From NCBI GenBank assembly GCA_043820105.1, contig JBDREC010000012.1, positions 1 to 64,000 of the forward strand: a stretch of DNA of 64,000 bases, given 5' to 3'. The translations under genes and the position numbers were made by a program. How positions within the stretch are numbered: position 1 is the stretch's first letter; every line of letters begins with the position of its first letter. Below are positions 58,048 through 64,000 of this stretch, piece by piece. The notes beneath the pieces are model-generated. The model was not told the origin of the DNA. It saw only the letters and a program-made list of their open reading frames with translations, and ran no database searches. This stretch comes from Pseudomonadota bacterium (lineage in GTDB: Bacteria; Bdellovibrionota_F; JAHFAK01; JBDREC01).

Positions 58048-58137
58048 ATTCTCTCCTGCGTATTTTTATAATTCATTGTAAATATTAATATTTATAAATA
58101 ATTTTACTTAAAAAATCCAGTATTAATTAGTAAAATC

Positions 58138-58153
58138 TGCAATAAACGAGCCA
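58138..58153 (-). promoter_or_regulatory. sigma54 promoter for the beta-barrel gene
   Basis: Minus strand TGGCTC-GTTTA-TTGCA. Confidence 0.65.
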
Positions 58154-58198
58154 AGAGACAGGGATTAAGGACTTTTCCGCGGATTTGCATGTGAAAAT

Positions 58199-58246
58199 GG
58201 TATTCGGTATTTGGTATTCTGTATTCAGTATTTAGTATTCAGTATT
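58199..58246 (+). repeat. Heptamer array (GTATTCA/GTATTCG)n
   Basis: Same family at 22680-22710 and 25386-25415, and reverse-complemented at 6107-6143. Confidence 0.9.
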
Positions 58247-58369
58247 TTTTTAAGTTCAGTTTTAATTTATTATTATTGAAATGAAATTATTTTCAAATGT
58301 AAAATATTTTGATTGATTATCAATTTTAATTTTGCTATAATTAACACATTGCATTAACAGGAGACCAAT

Positions 58370-59038
58370 ATGAAGAAAATATTTATTTTAAGCTTATCAT
58401 TTATCTTTATTTTTGCTATTTTATCTTGCTCTTCTAAAAAGTCCTCAAAGGCTTCAAAAGGCGCTATTACAGACAAAGACACAGCGATTAAAAAAGTTAA
58501 AACAATTCAAGGCAAAGAATTTGAAAAATATAGTGCTATAAAATCAGGCTGTGATAAAGGTAAAACAAAAGATGCCTTTATTGAAGGCTTTTCTAGCAGT
58601 CCCCATGTTTCTATTTCTAAAGACCTAAAAGATAAAATTAGCGATGATGTTGCTGATGCTTTTGGCATTTCAAAAGAATGGTCTGCTGATCAGATTGTTG
58701 CCTTATGTGAACAAAACGATAAGAATCTAGCTGGTATTTTAATTAAAAGTAATAAAGAAGTTTTGCAAGTTATCGCTGCCTATTGCATTGAAGCTGGAAA
58801 TAAAAATGCATCTATTACAAATGAAGATATTGCAACTCGCTTAATTTCAGGAAACAATAACTTTACAAATATTAGCAAGGAAAATATAATCGAAGCTCTT
58901 GGCAAGAACGGATATTCTGATCCAAAAACTGGTTGTGATAATAATCCTGAACTGGAAACAGTTAAACAGGGCAAAGGCATGGCAGATGCAGCAGATGGAA
59001 CTACACCAGATTGCACAGGTGGTTGTCCAAATCCCTAG
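58370..59038 (+). CDS. Hypothetical lipoprotein
   Basis: Lipobox ILS|C; AGGAG RBS; upstream TTGATT-N17-TATAAT; Cys-containing C-terminus. Confidence 0.8.
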   Translation: MKKIFILSLSFIFIFAILSCSSKKSSKASKGAITDKDTAIKKVKTIQGKEFEKYSAIKSGCDKGKTKDAFIEGFSSSPHVSISKDLKDKISDDVADAFGISKEWSADQIVALCEQNDKNLAGILIKSNKEVLQVIAAYCIEAGNKNASITNEDIATRLISGNNNFTNISKENIIEALGKNGYSDPKTGCDNNPELETVKQGKGMADAADGTTPDCTGGCPNP

Positions 59039-59041
59039 AAA

Positions 59042-60508
59042 TTACTTCTTCCAATAAACTGGAATAAATAAAAGTATAAGCGTATAAATTTCAAGCCTAC
59101 CAAGTAACATACACATAATTGAAATCCATTTTACAATAATTGGCAAAGCTGAGTAATTATCATGTGGACCAATAACTCCAAAACCAGGGCCTATGTTACC
59201 AATACTTGCTGCTACAATGCTTACTGAGCTTAAAATATCTATACCGTAGAATGAAATGATTAAGGCACAAAACATAGAAATCGCAAAATATAGAAAGAAA
59301 AATCCATATACTGATTCAATAACATCTTTTGAAACCATTTTATTATCTATCTTTACAGGAAAGACTCCATGTGGATGTATAAGTTTTTTAAGCTCTCTAT
59401 ATGCGAGTTTCAACAAGAGTAAAATTCTCAAACATTTTATTCCACCACCTGTTGAACCAGCACTTGCTCCTACAAACATCAGGGCAAAAAGAATAAACTT
59501 TGCAGAAGAACTCCATTCCTCAAAGTTTGCTGTAGAAAAACCAGTAGTTGTTAATATAGTAAGCACTTGAAACAAACCATATCTTAAAGAGTCTGTAATA
59601 GAATTATAAATTCCATTAGTAAATAAAGATATTGTAATTAATAAAGTGAAAAAAAGTGTGATTCCAGTATAAAATTTAAACTCTTCATTATTTTTAAAAG
59701 GTTTTAAACTCCCTCGCAAAAGACTAAAGTGCAGTGAAAAGTTAACACCTGCCAAGTACATAAATGCTATTATTACATAATGAATATATGCAGAATTATA
59801 ATGTTCAATGCTTAGATTCTTTGTTGAAAAACCTCCTGTAGCTAGAGTTCCAAATGTGTGGCAAATTGAATCAAAGATCTCCATGCCACCAAGGCTTAAT
59901 AAAACTATTTCAGCTAAGGTTAAAAATAGATATATTAACCAAAGAACTTTAGCAGTATCTGCTATCTTTGGGAAAAGTTTATCAGTCACAGGAGAAGGGA
60001 CTTCAGCTTTGTAAAGCTGCATGCCACCAACACCTAAAAGTGGCAAAACACACATTGATAAAAGAATGATGCCCATGCCACCTAGCCAATGAGTTAAACT
60101 TCTCCAAAACAAGATACCATGTGGCAGGTTTTCTATGGAGCTTATAACAGTAGCTCCTGTTGTAGTAAATCCTGAAATAGATTCAAAAATAGAGTCAGTA
60201 AGGCTCATAAAAATGGAATCACCTGGAAAGATATTAAAAAGAAAATATGGTAATGAACCAAAAAATCCAGCTACAAACCAGGCAAAGGCTACAAAAATAA
60301 AACCTTCTTTATGAGAAACCTCTCGTTTTTTGGTTCGTGTTATTAAAAAAAGAAGAATTGATAAGACTTCTGTAATCCCAATTGAATAAGCAAAAGCCCG
60401 GGCATCCCCTTCTCCATAAATTAATGAAACAATAAGGGGAATAATCATTACAAGTCCAAAAAAGAGGGTAAAGACTGATAATAAATTTAATAAAAATTTT
60501 AATCTCAT
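59042..60508 (-). CDS. trkH: Trk potassium uptake membrane protein
   Basis: FESISGFTTTG, HWLGGMGII, ATGGFS, TTTGF, GSTGGGIK, GNIGPG, LGRLEI. Confidence 0.97.
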   Translation of the reverse strand: MRLKFLLNLLSVFTLFFGLVMIIPLIVSLIYGEGDARAFAYSIGITEVLSILLFLITRTKKREVSHKEGFIFVAFAWFVAGFFGSLPYFLFNIFPGDSIFMSLTDSIFESISGFTTTGATVISSIENLPHGILFWRSLTHWLGGMGIILLSMCVLPLLGVGGMQLYKAEVPSPVTDKLFPKIADTAKVLWLIYLFLTLAEIVLLSLGGMEIFDSICHTFGTLATGGFSTKNLSIEHYNSAYIHYVIIAFMYLAGVNFSLHFSLLRGSLKPFKNNEEFKFYTGITLFFTLLITISLFTNGIYNSITDSLRYGLFQVLTILTTTGFSTANFEEWSSSAKFILFALMFVGASAGSTGGGIKCLRILLLLKLAYRELKKLIHPHGVFPVKIDNKMVSKDVIESVYGFFFLYFAISMFCALIISFYGIDILSSVSIVAASIGNIGPGFGVIGPHDNYSALPIIVKWISIMCMLLGRLEIYTLILLFIPVYWKK

Positions 60509-60513
60509 ACTAG

Positions 60514-61866
60514 TTAACGCTTTTGGATAATTTTTTCAATTAAAGATACAGCAGAAGTTAAGGCTATAATAAACACTTTATCTCCTGACCTAATAATATC
60601 ATTTCCAGTTGGTATGATAATTTCTCCATTTCTTTCAATAGCTCCGATTAAGGAACCCTTTGGAAATTTTATTTCCATTAATGGTTTATTAATAATTGGA
60701 GAATCATCAAGAGCTACAAATTCAATAGCTTCAGCCATTTCACCTCTTATTTCCGTTACAGATAAAATAATACCCTTTCTTACAAATTGCAATATACTTG
60801 AAGCTGCCATCATTCTTGGACTAATGATTACATCAACACCAGCTGCAGAAATTACTGGAGCAAATTCCATTCTATTAACAATTGAAATAACCCTTTTAAC
60901 TCCCATATTTTTTGCCTGCATTGAAGAAAGAATATTAGTGCTTTCATCATCAGTAGCTGCAACAAAAACATCTACATCCGCAATGTTTTCTTCTTCTAAA
61001 ATTGACTTGTCAGTAGCATCAGCACAAATAACAACGGACTTATTTAAATATTCAGCGGTTGTTGCGCATTTTTCATAATCTTTTTCAAGCATCTTAACAT
61101 CAATGTTTGCTGCTTCAAGTTTGCGAGCTAAGTTAATCGCCATATTTCCTGTTCCTGCTATCATTACTTTTTTAGTGACAGGATAGTCTTCATACCCAAA
61201 AAAGGACATTATTTTTTTAAGTTTTGAAGGCTCCAAAACAATATAGATTGTATCGTGTTTTTTTATAACAGCATCGCCTCTTGGAATGATGACTTTATTA
61301 CCACGAACGATTGAAGTAATTAATATTTTTTCTGTTCCAGCTTGCTTGAAAAAGTCAGAAAGTTTTTTGCCAATTATTTTATTATTAGGTTGAATGTGAA
61401 AAGCAACCAGCTTAATTTTACCTTTTGCAAAATCAACTACTTCAGTTGAACCAGGGATTTGAATTATTTTAAAGATACTTTCAGAGGCTACTTGCTCAGG
61501 ATTAATGCAAAAATCAAGACCATAGCTTTGTTTTGCTGAATCAAAAACCTTTGCAAGTTCATTGTTTCTAATTCTTGCAATTTTTATGATTTCAGGATTT
61601 GCAATATGGGCTATAAAAGATGCAACAATGTTAACTTCATCTGAGTTCGCAACGCAAATAAGCATTTCCGCGGACTCAATTCCTGCTTCTTTTAAAACTG
61701 CAGGATTGGAACCACTTCCTAAAATTATTTGAGCATCAATTTCTTCAGCAAATTTTTTAACTTTTTCAGGATCAAATTCCACAATTACAACATCTTTATT
61801 TTCCTGAACAAGCCTTTTTGCAATGTTGAAGCCTACTTCGCCTCCTCCAACGATAACAATTTTCAT
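60514..61866 (-). CDS. trkA: Trk potassium uptake NAD-binding subunit
   Basis: Two RCK N/C domain pairs; GGGEVG. Confidence 0.96.
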   Translation of the reverse strand: MKIVIVGGGEVGFNIAKRLVQENKDVVIVEFDPEKVKKFAEEIDAQIILGSGSNPAVLKEAGIESAEMLICVANSDEVNIVASFIAHIANPEIIKIARIRNNELAKVFDSAKQSYGLDFCINPEQVASESIFKIIQIPGSTEVVDFAKGKIKLVAFHIQPNNKIIGKKLSDFFKQAGTEKILITSIVRGNKVIIPRGDAVIKKHDTIYIVLEPSKLKKIMSFFGYEDYPVTKKVMIAGTGNMAINLARKLEAANIDVKMLEKDYEKCATTAEYLNKSVVICADATDKSILEEENIADVDVFVAATDDESTNILSSMQAKNMGVKRVISIVNRMEFAPVISAAGVDVIISPRMMAASSILQFVRKGIILSVTEIRGEMAEAIEFVALDDSPIINKPLMEIKFPKGSLIGAIERNGEIIIPTGNDIIRSGDKVFIIALTSAVSLIEKIIQKR

Positions 61867-61880
61867 GTATTTTCCTTATT

Positions 61881-62429
61881 TTATTCGTAAGTAACTGAAA
61901 TCCCTAAATCATACTTTTCATTCCATTTTTCAAGATCTTGTTTTATCTCATTATAAACAGTTCTGTCATAGGTAATGAAAATTAGGGTAGGAATTTTATT
62001 TGTTTCTGATTCTAAAAGCAAATTAGAAGTTAACCTACCTACAGAATCTACAACTTTTGATACATCAACATGAGCAGAAAGAAATTGCTCAGGTGCTATG
62101 GCCACTGAGGTTTTCATAATAGATGGAAGGGATTCGTTTAGTATATCAAATACATTTTTCAAAGAACCTGTGCCAAAATTTTTCTTTAAACCAAGGCCAA
62201 TTAAAATAATATTTTTCCCTCCAATTTTGGAGATATTTCCAAATAACAGCTTTTCACCAAGTTCACCTGAAAAACTATTTTTTTCAATAAGCTTTGAGAT
62301 TCTTCCACTTAGCTTCCAGTCAATTAGTCCTGTGATGCGAGAAAGGGGTCGTTCATCTTTGAAAACTGGGACTATAAAAACATCACAGTTAGCAGCTCTC
62401 AAGGCTTTATGAATTATTTTTACTTTCAT
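61881..62429 (-). CDS. Stand-alone M17 aminopeptidase N-terminal-like domain protein
   Basis: VPVFKDERPL..GLIDWKLSGRISKL..FSGELGEKLL..ILIGLG; no catalytic domain. Confidence 0.75.
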   Translation of the reverse strand: MKVKIIHKALRAANCDVFIVPVFKDERPLSRITGLIDWKLSGRISKLIEKNSFSGELGEKLLFGNISKIGGKNIILIGLGLKKNFGTGSLKNVFDILNESLPSIMKTSVAIAPEQFLSAHVDVSKVVDSVGRLTSNLLLESETNKIPTLIFITYDRTVYNEIKQDLEKWNEKYDLGISVTYE

Positions 62430-62829
62430 TTTCTTTGTTTTTTCTTATTGAATCTAATATGCCATTAATAAAATTTGGGGACTCATCAGGTGAATATCGT
62501 TTTGCAATCTCTACTGCTTCGTTAATAGCAACCTTGGCTGGAATACTAACATCAAAACAAATTTCGTAAGTTGCAATTTGAAGAATAATCCTATCTGTAG
62601 CAGGCAATCTTTCAAGTTTCCACTTCCTTAAATTCACTTTAATTAGTTCATCAATCTCAGCTTTATTAGAGATTATACCTTTTAAAAGGGATTCTAAGTA
62701 TTCCTGATCAAGCCTTATTTCCTGGAAATGTTTGATATGATCATTAATCACCTCTTTAATTTCCTGTTTATTAGTATCTAAAGAATACAATATTTTTAAA
62801 GCTATTTCACGGCTTTTTCTTCTTAGCAA
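62407..62829 (-). CDS. nusB: Transcription antitermination factor NusB
   Basis: RRKSREIAL, DRIILQIA.YE, VAINEAVEIAK, FINGILD. Confidence 0.96.
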   Translation of the reverse strand: MLRRKSREIALKILYSLDTNKQEIKEVINDHIKHFQEIRLDQEYLESLLKGIISNKAEIDELIKVNLRKWKLERLPATDRIILQIATYEICFDVSIPAKVAINEAVEIAKRYSPDESPNFINGILDSIRKNKENESKNNS

Positions 62830-62843
62830 AATTCTTTCCTTTT

Positions 62844-63314
62844 TTAGATCTTTTTAAATAGATCCGCCATTTCGATTGCACTCATTGCAGCTTCAAAACC
62901 TTTGTTTCCATGTTTTGAGCCAGCTCTTTCAATAGCCTGTTCAAGTGTATCAGGAGTTAGAATACCAAAAGAAACAGGAACACCAGTTTCAAGCATTATT
63001 TGAGCTACACCCTTTGTAACTTCAGAACTAATATACTCATTGTGCGATGTATTACCTTTGATTACTGAACCAAGACAAATAATAGCATCAAGTTCACTTG
63101 TTGTCGCCATTTTCTTTAAAGCAACAGGTATCTCAAAAGCTCCGGGAACCTTAACAATTTTAATATCACTTTCGATTACTCCAGTTCTTTTAAGTGCATC
63201 TAAGGCTCCTTCCAAGAGTTTATCAGTAATGAATGAATTAAACCTTGAAAAAACTATACCAATTTTTTTTCCTTTACCTTGTAAAGAACCTTCATATATT
63301 TTTAGGTTTGACAT
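62844..63314 (-). CDS. ribH: 6,7-dimethyl-8-ribityllumazine synthase
   Basis: [29 protein letters not shown]. Confidence 0.97.
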   Translation of the reverse strand: MSNLKIYEGSLQGKGKKIGIVFSRFNSFITDKLLEGALDALKRTGVIESDIKIVKVPGAFEIPVALKKMATTSELDAIICLGSVIKGNTSHNEYISSEVTKGVAQIMLETGVPVSFGILTPDTLEQAIERAGSKHGNKGFEAAMSAIEMADLFKKI

Positions 63315-63328
63315 AGGGTACTCCTTAA

Positions 63329-63361
63329 CAGCTATCAGCCTTCAGCTATCAGCCTTCAGCT
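63329..63361 (+). repeat. Heptamer array (CAGCTAT/CAGCCTT)
   Basis: acagctatcagccttcagctatcagccttcagc. Confidence 0.8.
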
Positions 63362-63372
63362 TATTATTTTAA

Positions 63373-64000
63373 TCAAATAACACCTTTTGCTTCGCTTGCC
63401 TCATGGTCTTTTGCAATGTGCAGAAGTGGTGATCTTTTTTCTATTTTTATTCCATAGGCATTTAAGCCAACAATCTTTCCTGGATTTGATGATAATAAAT
63501 GCATCTTATGCACATTAAGATCAAGTAATATTTGTGCTCCAATTCCAATTTGCCTCATATTACTTGTTTGAAAGTCTGCATCATTAAAAGTCTGAGGCTT
63601 TAAAGAAGCACATTCAAAATTAGTTTTTTCATTTAAGCCTTTAGGTTTTCTAAGATAAATTATTACTCCCTGACCGTGCTGGGAAATATATTCCAAAGAT
63701 CTTTTTAGCCTTCTTCCACAGCTACAACTTTCATCACCAAAAACATCGCTTAATAAACATTCTGAAGCAACTCTGACTGGCACAGTATCATTTGAATTAA
63801 TTTCTCCTTTAACAAAGGCAAGATGGTCGCATTCATCGATCAAATTTCTATAAGTAAACATCTTAAAAGAACCTAAATTATTTAGTATGAGTTCTTTTTC
63901 ATTTATCCTTTTTATTAGAATTTCAGTTCTCAAACGATATTCAATAAGCTGTTCAATGGTAACAATTGGAATATTGAATTTTTTAGAAAACTTTTGAAGA
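63373..64000 (-). CDS. RibB-GTP cyclohydrolase II-like fusion (C-terminal part; runs off the window) with a degenerate GCH II domain
   Basis: The frame continues upstream as KFSKKFNIPIVTIEQLIEYR (RibB end); RVASECL..CSCG..GIGAQIL present but no QEGRGIGL. Confidence 0.85.
   Translation of the reverse strand, partial: LQKFSKKFNIPIVTIEQLIEYRLRTEILIKRINEKELILNNLGSFKMFTYRNLIDECDHLAFVKGEINSNDTVPVRVASECLLSDVFGDESCSCGRRLKRSLEYISQHGQGVIIYLRKPKGLNEKTNFECASLKPQTFNDADFQTSNMRQIGIGAQILLDLNVHKMHLLSSNPGKIVGLNAYGIKIEKRSPLLHIAKDHEASEAKGVI

Noticed and set aside
58309-58323. FNR-like box TTGAT...ATCAA
   Set aside because: Spacer is 5 nt rather than 4; better explained by the -35 element and the TTGATTA repeats
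1-64000. Diversity-generating retroelement, retron, prophage or tRNA/rRNA genes
   Set aside because: No reverse transcriptase, phage or integrase ORFs; repeat pairs differ at only a few positions with no clear adenine-specific pattern; no cloverleaf or rRNA-like segment recognised by eye

Overview
AT-rich bacterial chromosomal window. The gene content suggests a deltaproteobacterial-type organism (Myxococcota/Bdellovibrionota/Desulfobacterota grade; this is inference): a type IV pilin, an FrzS-like pseudo-receiver coiled-coil protein, an FHA-sigma54 activator, PilZ and several sigma54 promoters. Housekeeping blocks are carAB, prs, rnfBCDGEA-apbE, an EF-G paralog, rnhA, exbBD, priA, recG, lipA, ltaE, amrAB, trkAH, nusB, ribH and a partial ribB-X. 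Less ordinary elements: (i) a tandem array of four divergent, exported alpha-helical paralogs with a shared C-terminal motif and a duplicated promoter (1-8.3 kb); (ii) a 38.5-43.1 kb hotspot where three toxin-antitoxin-like gene pairs and an exported double-methyltransferase gene are bounded by interleaved 60-100 bp direct repeats, with no recombinase nearby; (iii) several families of 7-8 bp tandem repeats, often arranged as inverted arms, in many intergenic regions; (iv) a head-to-head junction between a 5'-truncated Fic gene and a CxxG-repeat peptide; (v) a histidine kinase lacking its His, preceded by CRP-type boxes; (vi) a lipoprotein with 16-aa repeats. I saw no rRNA, tRNA, CRISPR array, integrase or reverse transcriptase. 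All calls were made by eye, without database searches.
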